Shown here: piece by piece, positions 36,451-46,623 of the stretch
How positions within the stretch are numbered: the first letter of the stretch is position 1
Layout of the letters: the number at the start of each line of letters is the position of its first letter
Assembly: GCA_964516445.1 (NCBI GenBank)
Contig: CAZEZE010000001.1
Location: 1 to 46,623 of the forward strand
DNA length: 46,623 bases
Origin: an uncultured Chitinophaga sp.
Lineage (GTDB): Bacteria; Bacteroidota; Bacteroidia; Chitinophagales; Chitinophagaceae
Reading direction: 5' to 3'
The notes under the pieces: model-generated
What the model saw: only the letters and a program-made list of their open reading frames with translations
What the model was told of the DNA's origin: nothing
Databases searched by the model: none
Position numbers and translations under genes: made by a program

Positions 36451-38028
36451 TTATTTATACTGCGGTATCAACCCATTCGCCAATTCCACCATCTTCTTCA
36501 CTCCGTCATCCGGCAGGTTGCCTTTTTTGAACTCAGCCATCACATCCGGCAGTTTGTTATCCATTTCCATCAGGAAATGCTCCTCAAATGCCTTTACATT
36601 CTTCACGGCCACATCTTTCAGCAATCCCTGCGTACCCAGGTAGATGATCGCCACCTGCTTTTCCACCGCAAAGGGTGTGTACTGGGGTTGTTTCAGTATC
36701 TCTACGTTTCGGGCACCTTTATCAATAACTGATTTGGTCGCAGCATCCAGGTCACCACCGAATTTGGAAAAGGCTTCCAGTTCGCGGTAGAGGGCCTGGT
36801 CGAGTTTCAGCGTACCCGCTACTTTCTTCATCGATTTGATCTGCGCGTTACCACCCACACGGCTAACCGAAATACCCACGTTGATCGCAGGACGGATACC
36901 GGCGTTGAACAGGTTACCCTCGAGGAAGATCTGTCCATCGGTGATAGAGATCACGTTGGTGGGGATATAAGCTGATACGTCACCGGCCTGTGTTTCGATG
37001 ATGGGCAGGGCTGTTAAGGAACCACCACCCTTTACCAGATGCCTGATACTTTCAGGTACATCATTCATATTCCTTGCTACCTTATCATCGCTGATGACTT
37101 TGGCGGCCCTTTCCAGCAAACGGCTGTGGAGATAGAATACATCACCGGGATAAGCTTCACGACCGGGCGGGCGGCGAAGCAACAGGGAAACCTCGCGGTA
37201 AGCCACCGCCTGCTTGGAAAGATCATCATAGATGATCAGTGCAGGGCGACCGGTATCCCGGAAGAATTCACCGATGGCCGCGCCGGCGAATGGTGCATAG
37301 AACTGTAACGGGGCCGGGTCGCTGGCAGAAGCAGCAACGATGATCGTGTACTCCATAGCGCCCGCATCCTGCAATGTCTTCATTACACCCGCGATTGTGG
37401 AGGCCTTTTGCCCGATGGCAACATAGATACAAAATACGGGCTTGCCGGCTGCATAAAATTCCTTCTGGTTGATGATGGTATCGATACAGATGGCCGTTTT
37501 ACCGGTCTGGCGGTCACCGATGACCAACTCCCGCTGGCCCCGGCCGATGGGGATCATAGCATCGATCGCTTTGATACCTGTTTGCAGGGGTTCCTTAACC
37601 GGCTCCCTGAAAATTACACCCGGCGCCTTTCTTTCCAGCGGCATCTCATACCGCTCACCTGTGATCGGGCCCTTACCATCGATAGGCTCACCCAGTGTGT
37701 TCACAACGCGACCCACCATGCCTTCCCCCACTTTGATCGAGGCGATCTGCCCGGTGCGTTTTACTTTGGCACCTTCCTGGATCCCGCCGGTCTCACCCAT
37801 CAGTACCACCCCCACATTATCTTCCTCAAGGTTCAGCGCGATGGCCCTGACTCCATTCTCAAATTCCACCAGTTCGCCATAGCGAACATTCCCCAATCCA
37901 TACACCCGGGCGATTCCATCGCCCACCTGTAAAACCGTTCCTACTTCCTCGAGATCGGCAATTGCATTGAAGTTGCTTAACTGCTGGCGCAGTATCGCTG
38001 ATATTTCATCTGGTTTAATCTCTGCCAT
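36451..38028 (-). CDS. atpA: ATP synthase F1 alpha subunit
   Basis: [44 protein letters not shown]. Confidence 0.99.
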   Translation of the reverse strand: MAEIKPDEISAILRQQLSNFNAIADLEEVGTVLQVGDGIARVYGLGNVRYGELVEFENGVRAIALNLEEDNVGVVLMGETGGIQEGAKVKRTGQIASIKVGEGMVGRVVNTLGEPIDGKGPITGERYEMPLERKAPGVIFREPVKEPLQTGIKAIDAMIPIGRGQRELVIGDRQTGKTAICIDTIINQKEFYAAGKPVFCIYVAIGQKASTIAGVMKTLQDAGAMEYTIIVAASASDPAPLQFYAPFAGAAIGEFFRDTGRPALIIYDDLSKQAVAYREVSLLLRRPPGREAYPGDVFYLHSRLLERAAKVISDDKVARNMNDVPESIRHLVKGGGSLTALPIIETQAGDVSAYIPTNVISITDGQIFLEGNLFNAGIRPAINVGISVSRVGGNAQIKSMKKVAGTLKLDQALYRELEAFSKFGGDLDAATKSVIDKGARNVEILKQPQYTPFAVEKQVAIIYLGTQGLLKDVAVKNVKAFEEHFLMEMDNKLPDVMAEFKKGNLPDDGVKKMVELANGLIPQYK

Positions 38029-38043
38029 AGTATGTTTTTTTTG

Positions 38044-38067
38044 CCCCCATCCCCTAAAGGGGGGTTC
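38044..38067. repeat. Short GC hairpin repeat
   Basis: CCCCCATCCCCTAAAGGGGGGTTC. Confidence 0.55.
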
Positions 38068-38171
38068 GGAAATTTCCTTTTATTCTTATTAGAAGGTCTC
38101 CAGGGTCTGAGACCTTAAGTTTTTTAAACCCTACCCGATCTGTCGGAAACCCATTCATTATTCACCAATCA

Positions 38172-38732
38172 CTATCTCAGTTTATATATAAAGTCATTGT
38201 TCTCAAACTGCCTCGCTATCTGTTTCAGGTCGTATGCAATGCTTGCATCCACAAGTTTATCCCCGGTCTGCAGCACGAAGCCCCCGATCAGTTTTTCATC
38301 CACGTACGTTTCCAATTCGATCTTTTCCATCGTACTGGTCTTTTTAACCTGGGCGATGATCTCTTTTTTTATTTCCTCACTCACCGGAGTAGCGGTTGAG
38401 AGTTTTACGATATAGATATTCTTATAAGCCTTATACTGGCTGATAAAGGCTGTAACGATCTCAGGAAGGAAGCTTTCGCGGTGCTTGATGATCAACAGGC
38501 GGGTGAAAGCGGAGGTCAGTTCACTCACCTTTCCGGTGGTAACAGCACCAAGGATCTTTTCCTTTTTATCACTGGTGATGATCGGGCTGTTCAGCACATT
38601 CACAAAATCCCTGTTTTCGCAAACGGCTTTGATCCATTGCATATCGGCAAAAACAGTCTCCAGTTCGCCTCTCTCGAGAGAAAGGTCGATCAGTGACTTG
38701 GCGTATCTGCCGGCTAAACGCGGGTTTGGCAT
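38172..38732 (-). CDS. atpH: ATP synthase delta subunit
   Basis: RYAKSL, LIGGFVL..GDKLVDASI; operon position. Confidence 0.96.
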   Translation of the reverse strand: MPNPRLAGRYAKSLIDLSLERGELETVFADMQWIKAVCENRDFVNVLNSPIITSDKKEKILGAVTTGKVSELTSAFTRLLIIKHRESFLPEIVTAFISQYKAYKNIYIVKLSTATPVSEEIKKEIIAQVKKTSTMEKIELETYVDEKLIGGFVLQTGDKLVDASIAYDLKQIARQFENNDFIYKLR

Positions 38733-38742
38733 TTCTTTATAA

Positions 38743-38814
38743 GTTTCAGGTTTCGGCTGCGAGCCCCGGGCAGCGGGTACTAACCCGCAACTCGTTGCTC
38801 AAAGCCCGAAGCTT
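38743..38814. repeat. Degenerate heptamer inverted-repeat hairpin
   Basis: 7-mers such as CTGCGAG/CAGCGGG facing CCCGCAA/CTCGTTG/CCCGAAG across a 6-nt loop. Confidence 0.5.
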
Positions 38815-39312
38815 TTAATTTAGTTTCACATCTCCCACCAGCCCCATAATATGGGCTTCCTGGGCGCCTTTATTCTCGAGCTCTTTGCGCAGCACTTTCT
38901 CACTTACTTCGATCACCAGTTTACCTACCTGGTTCTTCACTTCGGTCAGCGCCGCCATTTTCTGTGTATTGATAGCCACCTGTGCCTCGGTAATGATCTT
39001 ATTGGCTTCAGTCTTGGCCTGCTCTTTGGCTTCGTTAATGATCTTGTCCTTTGTTTCCCTGGCTTCTTTCAGCAGCTTGGCTCTTTCTTCGCGGGCCGTT
39101 GCCAGCAGGGCTTCGTTCTCACTTTTCAGTTGCGCCATTTCCGTTTTCACTTTCTCAGCGGTTGCCAGTGAATCGGCGATGGACTGTTCCCTGTCCTTTA
39201 ACCCCTTAACGATCGCGGGCCAGGCGAATTTCTTCAGAATGAAGAATACCACCAGGAAGGCGAGGAGGGTCCAGATCAACAGGCCAAACTCGGGTTTTAA
39301 AAGCGGATGCAT
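38815..39312 (-). CDS. atpF: ATP synthase Fo subunit b
   Basis: N-terminal TM, KFAWPAI...RE, long coiled coil. Confidence 0.96.
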   Translation of the reverse strand: MHPLLKPEFGLLIWTLLAFLVVFFILKKFAWPAIVKGLKDREQSIADSLATAEKVKTEMAQLKSENEALLATAREERAKLLKEARETKDKIINEAKEQAKTEANKIITEAQVAINTQKMAALTEVKNQVGKLVIEVSEKVLRKELENKGAQEAHIMGLVGDVKLN

Positions 39313-39392
39313 ATGTTTTTGTTTCAGAATTTTTAAATTAACTGCACCCGCCGCCCTGTGCTTGAGGTGCAGTAAAATTGTTGCCGGGTATA

Positions 39393-39677
<285 letters not shown>

Positions 39678-39720
39678 TCAATTTTCAAACTTCGCCTTAG
39701 CCATCTTTAGGTCCAAAGGA

Positions 39721-39740
39721 CTCCTTTGGAGGGGTTGGGG
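39721..39740 (-). repeat. Short GC hairpin repeat directly after the atpB stop
   Basis: Minus strand CCCCAACCCCTCCAAAGGAG. Confidence 0.5.
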
Positions 39741-39741
39741 C

Positions 39742-40914
39742 TTAATGGGCTGCATGGGCCTCCTCATGATGATGCTCACCTTCATAAGCCTGGCCGATGA
39801 ATACCGCCGTCAGCATCGTGAAGATGAATGCCTGGATGAATGCAACCAGTATTTCGATAAAATAAATGAATACCGTAAAGCCGATCGAGAAGACGGAAGT
39901 CCCCCAGCCCGCATATACGTTCAGTCCCGCAAAAATAAAGATCAGCGAGATCAGGCAGATGATGATGATATGCCCCGCCACCATATTGGCGAAAAGACGT
40001 ATGATCAATGCCATTGGCTTGATGAACAAACTCAGCACTTCCACCGGTACCAGGATGAACTTGATACCCAGCGGCATCCCGGGAGGGTTAAAGATATGGC
40101 CCCAGTAATGCTTTTTTGAACTGGCCAGTATCACAATAAAAGAGATCACACCCAGCACCAGGGTAAAAGCAATATTACCGGTCACGTTGGCCGTACCGGG
40201 TATCAACCCGAAAATATTATTGATAAGGATAAAAAAGAATACAGTGAGCAGGTAAGGCAGGTACTTCTCCCACTTGGCACCGAGATTGGGTTTGGCTACT
40301 TCATCCCGTACAAATGTGATAACAGGTTCCATCAGGTTCTGCATTCCCTTTGGCGCTGTACTCACACCCAACCCTTTTTTATAACGGTTGGCGATCGCGA
40401 TCATGATCCAAACCAGGAGGGCCAGTGCCAGGATCATCTGCACCACGTTGCGGGTGAGGGAAAGGTCATAAACAGAAATTGATTTATCGATCTTACCATC
40501 TGCCGTGATCGGTACGATCTGGCCGGCGAACAATCCTTCCTTCTTAATATCTACACCTTCTTTTTTTAGTTCCTCGAGGAAATGGGCATCCAGTAAACGA
40601 TACCCCTTGTACGGTTCATGCCCGTGATGGAATTTGGAGGACATGAAAACATCCAGACCGCGCTGGGGTGAATATAAAATGACCGGAAGGGGAATGCCAA
40701 CTGGTTTTTTTGTACCGTCTTTCTTTATAATGTCAAAAAAGTGAAACTCGTGACCGTCCAGTATATGGCCGAAAATGACCTCTTCGGCATTAAAGATTTT
40801 CTTTTTATGGGTGGAGTCTCCCTCTCCGCCGCCGGCATGGGCAGGAACGGAAAAAAAGCCGCAAAATATGCTGAAAGCCGCTACTGTAAAGGTTTTGAAA
40901 AGCCTGGATCTCAT
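39742..40914 (-). CDS. atpB: ATP synthase Fo subunit a with Bacteroidota-type N-terminal extension
   Basis: IRLFANMVAGH, EILVAFIQAFIFTML. Start at ATG 40914, downstream of TATCTTTG at 40935-40942. Confidence 0.96.
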   Translation of the reverse strand: MRSRLFKTFTVAAFSIFCGFFSVPAHAGGGEGDSTHKKKIFNAEEVIFGHILDGHEFHFFDIIKKDGTKKPVGIPLPVILYSPQRGLDVFMSSKFHHGHEPYKGYRLLDAHFLEELKKEGVDIKKEGLFAGQIVPITADGKIDKSISVYDLSLTRNVVQMILALALLVWIMIAIANRYKKGLGVSTAPKGMQNLMEPVITFVRDEVAKPNLGAKWEKYLPYLLTVFFFILINNIFGLIPGTANVTGNIAFTLVLGVISFIVILASSKKHYWGHIFNPPGMPLGIKFILVPVEVLSLFIKPMALIIRLFANMVAGHIIIICLISLIFIFAGLNVYAGWGTSVFSIGFTVFIYFIEILVAFIQAFIFTMLTAVFIGQAYEGEHHHEEAHAAH

Positions 40915-41080
40915 ACCTGCCCTGAAATTTTGCGCAAAGATAAGGGTGCGGGGGTGAAATCGGGTATTCAAAAAAAGGATTTTGGATAATTTCCGGCAGC
41001 GATATTGCGGTGTGAAAAAAGGGATCTTAATAACTTTGATACTGCCTGATTATCAGGTCGGTGTAAACAAACCCGGAAGA

Positions 41081-42841
41081 TCAATCCTCCTTTTTTTCAA
41101 ACTGCATTTCGTACAGTTTGCCGTAGTAGCCGCCCTTTTGTATTAGTTCATCATGGGTGCCCGTTTCCCGCACCACTCCTTTCTCCAGGACAATGATCCG
41201 GCTGGCCTTGCGGATCGTGGAAAGCCGGTGCGCTATGACAATGGAGGTTCTTCCCTGGATCAGCGTTTCGATTGCGTGCTGGATCAGCATTTCGCTTTCC
41301 GTATCCACTGATGAAGTAGCTTCATCCATGATCAATATCGAGGGATCGTAAAGGATCGCGCGGATAAATGAGATCAGCTGCCGCTGCCCCAGCGACAAAG
41401 TCGCCCCTCTTTCCATCACATTATAGTCATATCCCCCCGGCAACCGTTCTATGAAATCATGCATATCGATCAGTTTCGCCGCCTGTATCACCTGGTCGCG
41501 GGAGATCTCCGGGTTCCGGAGCGTGATATTGTCAATGACGGAACCTGAAAACAAAAAAACATCCTGCAACACAACGCCGATGTTCCGGCGAAGATCATCC
41601 AGTTTATAGTCTTCAATGCTCACATCATCGATTCGGATCTCACCCTGCCGGATATGGTAAAGGCGGTTTAGCAAACTGATGATCGTGGACTTGCCGCTGC
41701 CGGTATGCCCAACTATGGCAATCGTTTCCCCGGGAGCGGCCCGGAAAGAAACATCCCGCAGTACATATTGATCCTCCGTATACGCAAACCAGACATTCTC
41801 AAAATCGATCTTTCCCTGCAATTTGCCGGCCACCCGTGTGCCGTTGTCATCTGCAAAGTCGGGGTTATCAAGTACTTTAAACACCCGCTCACTGGCAATA
41901 ATGCCCATCTGAAGCACATTGAACTTGTCGGCGATCACCCGCAGCGGACGAAACAACAGGTTCATGCAAAGGATGAAAGAGATCACCGTTCCCTGCTGGC
42001 TTTCCTGTAACTGCAAGGCCTCTTTCGAGGTCCACCAAACGATCAACCCGATGGATAAAGCCAATACGATCTCCACGAGGGGAAAGAAAACCGAGTACGC
42101 GAATATGGCTTTGATATTGGCGTTACGGTGTTCCTTATTGATCTTTTTGAATTTATTGTACTCCCTTTCCTCTGATGCAAAGGCCTGTACGATGGCCATT
42201 CCCGTCAGATGTTCCTGCACAAAAGCATTCAGTGCCGCCACGGCGTTCCGGACCTTGAGAAAAGATTTATTGATACTTTCCTTAAAATAATACGTAGCAA
42301 TAAGCATGATGGGAAAAGGGATCAGCGCTACCAGTGTCAGTTGCCAGTCGGCCCAGAACATATAACCCAGCACACAGAATATGGAAAGCAGGTCGGCGAT
42401 GATCGGTACCAGTCCGTCGGAAAAGATATCATTAATGGATTCAATATCGTTAATCGTGCGGGTGGTGAGCGTGCCGATCGGGGTACGGTCAAATTGAGAC
42501 AGGTTTAACCCCATGATTTTATTATAAGTCTGCACACGAAGGTCCCTGACTACTGACTGACCCAGGGTGGCGGTGGTAAAGGAAAAAAGAAACCGCAGGA
42601 AGGTCTCGGCCAGTATTAGCCCTATCTGGATCAGCGTGATGTTCACCAGCATAGCAGCCATGGAATTCGTAATATACCTGTCGACCGTAACCTGTATCAG
42701 CAGGGGTCTGACAGGTGTCATAACGGCCAGCAGGATGGCCAGCGCCACCGACAGGTAGAATTTCTTTTTGTATGGGGCTGCGTAACGGAACACCCGGCGC
42801 AATAAGGGGAAATCGAAAAAGGTTTTTTTGGGTTGGGGCAA
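41081..42841 (-). CDS. ABC exporter, fused TMD-NBD (MsbA/MdlB-like)
   Basis: Six-TM domain plus GHTGSGKST, LSLGQRQ, MDEATSSVD, AHRLSTI. TTG start; TAGATTTG at 42861-42868. Confidence 0.93.
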   Translation of the reverse strand: MPQPKKTFFDFPLLRRVFRYAAPYKKKFYLSVALAILLAVMTPVRPLLIQVTVDRYITNSMAAMLVNITLIQIGLILAETFLRFLFSFTTATLGQSVVRDLRVQTYNKIMGLNLSQFDRTPIGTLTTRTINDIESINDIFSDGLVPIIADLLSIFCVLGYMFWADWQLTLVALIPFPIMLIATYYFKESINKSFLKVRNAVAALNAFVQEHLTGMAIVQAFASEEREYNKFKKINKEHRNANIKAIFAYSVFFPLVEIVLALSIGLIVWWTSKEALQLQESQQGTVISFILCMNLLFRPLRVIADKFNVLQMGIIASERVFKVLDNPDFADDNGTRVAGKLQGKIDFENVWFAYTEDQYVLRDVSFRAAPGETIAIVGHTGSGKSTIISLLNRLYHIRQGEIRIDDVSIEDYKLDDLRRNIGVVLQDVFLFSGSVIDNITLRNPEISRDQVIQAAKLIDMHDFIERLPGGYDYNVMERGATLSLGQRQLISFIRAILYDPSILIMDEATSSVDTESEMLIQHAIETLIQGRTSIVIAHRLSTIRKASRIIVLEKGVVRETGTHDELIQKGGYYGKLYEMQFEKKED

Positions 42842-42868
42842 AATGGATGGTTATGGAAGGCAAATCTA

Positions 42869-43163
42869 AGCTAAGAGGTTAAAGGAGGAAAAAGAGAAAA
42901 GGAGGAGTGGTTGGTTGCTCGAATTTTCCCTCTTAATCAAAGATATCCCGAGAGGTATACAATTGTTGCTGACAGCAAATAAATACACTCTGACGGGAAT
43001 TTCAGGATCAGGAAAGTTATTGCATTTTATTACAAAAAGGAGTCCCTATCCGGGTTTCCCAATACATCTGAAATACGGAAAGAAGAGACCCATCGGAAAA
43101 GGGAAAGTATTTAAGTATAAAGGACCCTTCTTTTTCTCTTTCTACTCATTAAATCTCTTAGCT
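42869..43163. repeat. ~295-bp intergenic segment bounded by ~37-bp imperfect inverted repeats
   Basis: 42869-42905 matches the reverse complement of 43126-43163; both begin AGCTAAGAG. Confidence 0.55.
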
Positions 43164-45400
43164 CACTCCCCCATCTCTTTTTTATACGCTTTAATAAACA
43201 GCGCCCCCAGGTTCTTATGCGGCGGAACATAGTCATCAAAGATTTTATCGGTAACCATTTTGTCCAGCTCCTGCCAGAAAGGAATCCATTCGATATTACT
43301 GCCCAGCCGGAGTTTTTCCATGATCAGTTTGAGGAAAGGGTTGTTCACCGGCGCATCCGCTATCTGCTTGGTGCCGATGATATGCGCATCCGGCGCTTTT
43401 TCCAGGATATCATGGATCATCCGGTAACCTCCGCAGGAACCCATAAACACGATCTTGGAAGAAGTGGACATTTGTTCGATGGTATAGGGCGCGTTATAAC
43501 TATGCCCTCGGTTGATCGTCACCGTGGGAACGATCTTATTTTTTTCAAGGTATTCGCAAAGCGCCTTCTGGGCCAGCGCATCCTCATTGGTTTCTTCGGG
43601 CAGCGGCCGGTTCATATACAGGGCCACTGGTTTTCCTTTCGCTGAGGTGATGGTCACCCAGTCCTTGTTGCTCCCGTCTATCCTCCAGTTGGCATTATTG
43701 AACATGCTGATCAGCCCGGGAAAGACCCCCCTTCCATCCTTATCACCATAAATGAATAATTGCACCGCTACCCGGCCTGTATCATTGGCCAGCGCGGCAT
43801 AGGGCACTTCATAAACCGGCGGAATACCCAGTTCTTTGGTTAGGTTGATATTTTGCGTGCTGTCGGCCGATAAAAAGAGTTTGTTGAGGATATTATAGAT
43901 CACGATTCCCCTCCTGTTGCCGGCCTTTTCATTACGCTGGTAATTAAGCTGGATGTTCCGGAGCATTTCATTCGCAAGTGGTTTCAGTGTTTCAGCAATA
44001 CTGGCATATGAATCCGCCACATCCACCCCGTCTTCCAGGCCATTCCCCATCTCCAGCCGGCTGACAAATGCCCGCATGAGTTTTTCTGCATCGCTTTCAT
44101 CATCAGAACTCTTCCTAGGCGGGAACGTGCTTAAGAAATCACCCAGTGTATTGAAGCCGGCCGACATTTTGATGAACTTCCTGTAGCGGTCAAAACTCAG
44201 TAAGCGCAGTAACGAATCCCCGCGGTTGTTGATCTTTTTCATCATCAGCGGGTAGGTGCCTTTCACAAAACTGGATGTGTAAATGGAGCCATCCGATGAA
44301 ACGGCCAGGTAATAAAGTTCCTGGGCCGTCAGGGGTTGAATACAACGAAAACGGAACTCCGCATTCTCATTATGGAGGGCATTGATGGTATTGACAAAAT
44401 TTTCCCTGGCCTTTCGTTCCAGTCTTTCATTCAGTGAAACATACTCAAAGGCTGTATCCTTGTCGAGCGCCCTCGCCACATAATCCATCCTTGTTCTTAC
44501 CAGCAGGCGGAAATACTGAACAGAATCCGTTTTGGCCGCGTCGATCTCCTCAAAGCTCATTTTGCCCTGCATGATGTTATCGAGGAAACAGAAATACTGC
44601 TGGCCGTCCCTGCTCCTGGACATCCTGACCACGGTCTGTATGAACTTATCATCGTTGATCCCCCGGATGATATTTCCCAGCCTGTTACCGGCCTGAGAAT
44701 AATCATAAAGCTGCTTGGGGTAATGTTTTGATACAATCCGCACCAGGCTGTCGGCAAAAGGCATATCTGGATTGTTGCTGAGGGTATAAAATGTTTTTTC
44801 AGGGTGAAGGATGCAGTATTTCAGTATCAACCTGTTCCTGGCTTCCGTATATCCGGCGTTTTTATTAAAAATGGATGCGTTGATGACGGACATACCGCCA
44901 TCATACGTGAGGCGGTCTACAACAGTGCTTATAGATTTTCCGTTCCTGTCGAGCTCCATACAGGTTTCATACGCATGCAGGATAGCCGGCAGGTTGACCG
45001 GGTTCACTTTCTGGTCGGATCTTGCCTTCCAGTTTGCCCTGAAATATTTTAGCACATTTTCCAGTCCGAACAGGTAGTTTACTTTCAACCGGTGATCAAA
45101 GACCTTGTCTGTTTCGATAAGGTACTGGATCGCATCCACTTTTTTGATCAGTGCCTGGGTGACCAGGAAATTAATATCCTCATCTGCGGTCGGCGAGAAT
45201 TGCTTGTCTGTTTTTCCGTCAGATGACAGTATCGACTTCTGTTCCGCGTCAATGCCATCATGGTTGCGCTGACGTTTGAACTCGGGTTTATAATTTCCGG
45301 GGATCCTCAGGGTATCGGTCATGTTTACGCCCTGGGCCCCTGCCAGGCCGGCCATAAACAGGAAAATGCATATAATAAGGTATCTCTTTTCTATTATCAT
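43163..45400 (-). CDS. Large exported hypothetical protein; possible C-terminal clan CD peptidase domain
   Basis: 745-aa ORF, signal peptide ending AGA-Q, helical body, C-terminal TINRGHSY...VFMGSCGG. Confidence 0.75.
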   Translation of the reverse strand: MIIEKRYLIICIFLFMAGLAGAQGVNMTDTLRIPGNYKPEFKRQRNHDGIDAEQKSILSSDGKTDKQFSPTADEDINFLVTQALIKKVDAIQYLIETDKVFDHRLKVNYLFGLENVLKYFRANWKARSDQKVNPVNLPAILHAYETCMELDRNGKSISTVVDRLTYDGGMSVINASIFNKNAGYTEARNRLILKYCILHPEKTFYTLSNNPDMPFADSLVRIVSKHYPKQLYDYSQAGNRLGNIIRGINDDKFIQTVVRMSRSRDGQQYFCFLDNIMQGKMSFEEIDAAKTDSVQYFRLLVRTRMDYVARALDKDTAFEYVSLNERLERKARENFVNTINALHNENAEFRFRCIQPLTAQELYYLAVSSDGSIYTSSFVKGTYPLMMKKINNRGDSLLRLLSFDRYRKFIKMSAGFNTLGDFLSTFPPRKSSDDESDAEKLMRAFVSRLEMGNGLEDGVDVADSYASIAETLKPLANEMLRNIQLNYQRNEKAGNRRGIVIYNILNKLFLSADSTQNINLTKELGIPPVYEVPYAALANDTGRVAVQLFIYGDKDGRGVFPGLISMFNNANWRIDGSNKDWVTITSAKGKPVALYMNRPLPEETNEDALAQKALCEYLEKNKIVPTVTINRGHSYNAPYTIEQMSTSSKIVFMGSCGGYRMIHDILEKAPDAHIIGTKQIADAPVNNPFLKLIMEKLRLGSNIEWIPFWQELDKMVTDKIFDDYVPPHKNLGALFIKAYKKEMGE

Positions 45401-45539
45401 AAGGATAGAATCCCAAAGTTATGAAGCATCGTCTAAATGCCGGTTTTATCTGCCCGGTATTGATTCAGACGCATTTACAACGGTTAAAGCTGTAAGAAAA
45501 GAAGAAATATTCCGGCTTTTCCGGTTATTTCAGGCAGGT

Positions 45540-45572
45540 TATTAAGTTTTTATTAAGTCTCTGTAAACGAGT
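45540..45572. promoter_or_regulatory. 11-bp-period direct repeat (OmpR/PhoB-type box)
   Basis: TATTAAGTTTT-TATTAAGTCTC-TGTAAACGAGT upstream of TAGGTTTG (45606-45613). Confidence 0.5.
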
Positions 45573-45629
45573 ACCTCTATATTTCCCTGCCAATCAATTT
45601 CGGTTTAGGTTTGCGCAAAATTGGACAGT

Positions 45630-46307
45630 ATGGAAACAAGGGTCCGAAAGGTGCTGATAGCAGACGATGAGCCGGATATACTCGAAATACTCAAATACAA
45701 CCTTTCCAACGAAGGGTACGAGGTCTATACTGCCAAAGACGGGGACGAGGCGCTGGAAAAGGCCCGTCGCAATCAACCCGACCTGATCATCCTGGATGTG
45801 ATGATGCCCAAAAAGACCGGAGTCGAAGTCTGCCAATTGCTCCGTGCCCAGGCGGCATTTAAAGACACGCTTATTATTTTTCTTACTGCCGTTAATGATG
45901 AGGGCACGCAGATCAGGGGTCTTGAGACCGGCGCCGATGATTACCTGAGCAAGCCGTTAAGTCCGAAGGTATTCCTGAGCAGGGTAAATGCCCTCTTCCG
46001 CCGGCTGAATAAATCAGAAGCCCGGATACTGACCATCGGAAATATGGTCATCGACCCTGAACGATTCCTGGTTAAAGTGGATGACCAGGAAATCATACTT
46101 GCCAAAAAAGAGTTTGAACTGCTTTACCTTCTCGCGCTCAAACCCGGTCGTGTTTTCCTGCGCAACGAGATCCTGAACCAGGTCTGGGGCAATGACGTGA
46201 TCGTTGGCGACCGCACCATCGATGTACATATCCGTAAGATCCGGCAAAAACTCGGGGTGGATTGTATTACTACGGTGAAGGGTGTTGGTTATAAGTTTGA
46301 ACTTTGA
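45630..46307 (+). CDS. OmpR/PhoB-family response regulator
   Basis: IADDE, ILDVMMP, GADDYLSKP, RTIDVHIRKIRQKL, TVKGVGYK. Confidence 0.93.
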   Translation: METRVRKVLIADDEPDILEILKYNLSNEGYEVYTAKDGDEALEKARRNQPDLIILDVMMPKKTGVEVCQLLRAQAAFKDTLIIFLTAVNDEGTQIRGLETGADDYLSKPLSPKVFLSRVNALFRRLNKSEARILTIGNMVIDPERFLVKVDDQEIILAKKEFELLYLLALKPGRVFLRNEILNQVWGNDVIVGDRTIDVHIRKIRQKLGVDCITTVKGVGYKFEL

Positions 46308-46308
46308 G

Positions 46309-46338
46309 CCCCCCTAAATCCCCCACAAGGGGGGACTT
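46309..46338 (+). repeat. Short GC hairpin repeat directly after the regulator stop
   Basis: CCCCCCTAAATCCCCCACAAGGGGGGACTT. Confidence 0.6.
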
Positions 46339-46538
46339 CAGGTCGTTTACATTTTTAATTTCCTTGTTTGTTATAAGGCTCAAGGTTCAGTAAAATTTGT
46401 TTCTTGATGAAACATTACACACTGGATTTCAGGCCGGATTGCAGAAATGTGAGAAACTGGTTTTAAATTTTTTTCATTTTAATTTCCTTGGAGCTTGTTT
46501 CTTCGGTTCTTGTTTCTTCTCCCTTGTATCTTCGTAAC

Positions 46539-46623
46539 ATGTTTTCGATCAAAAACATCTCCCCCCGCCAGCTTTCCGCCTTCACGGCCCTGGTACTGGC
46601 AATCCCGGTAAGCCTGCTGGTTT
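46539..46623 (+). CDS. N-terminus of a membrane protein, probably the cognate sensor histidine kinase (runs off window)
   Basis: MFSIKNISPRQLSAFTALVLAIPVSLLV; open to the window end; follows the response regulator; TATCTTCG just upstream. Confidence 0.6.
   Translation, partial: MFSIKNISPRQLSAFTALVLAIPVSLLV

Noticed and set aside
42915-43232. 105-aa ORF inside the IR-bounded segment
   Set aside because: Overlaps the 3' end of the 745-aa gene on the opposite strand; no transposase or other motifs.

Overview
A gene-dense chromosomal window from a Bacteroidota bacterium, most likely Chitinophagaceae. This assignment is inferred from TAnnTTTG promoters, T9SS C-terminal domains and protein style. 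Core genes: UMF1-type MFS transporter (5'-truncated), MBL hydrolase, ruvC, HIT, greA, a 2-hydroxyacid dehydrogenase, rsmA, pdxA, atpBEFHA (no adjacent atpG), an ABC exporter, and a PhoB-like response regulator with the start of its probable kinase. Between them lie a ~14 kb cluster of one lipoprotein and four large T9SS cargo genes, an ABC-2/LolA-like operon, a TonB-receptor/membrane-protein/wHTH operon, a fifth T9SS cargo gene and a signal-peptide TPR-CHAT protease. I see no rRNA, tRNA, CRISPR array, integrase or transposase. Best leads: (1) a 745-aa exported hypothetical protein with a caspase/gingipain-like GH...SC dyad; (2) a terminator with an alternative pairing in the greA leader; (3) motifs shared by the secreted-protein genes (CGTA-N4-TACG upstream, AATCC just before the start codon); (4) a stand-alone copy of the pre-CTD domain followed by an unlisted 45-aa ORF; (5) a T9SS-exported PQQ dehydrogenase sharing Cys-rich repeats with its divergent neighbour. 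All family calls come from motif recognition by eye; no searches were run.
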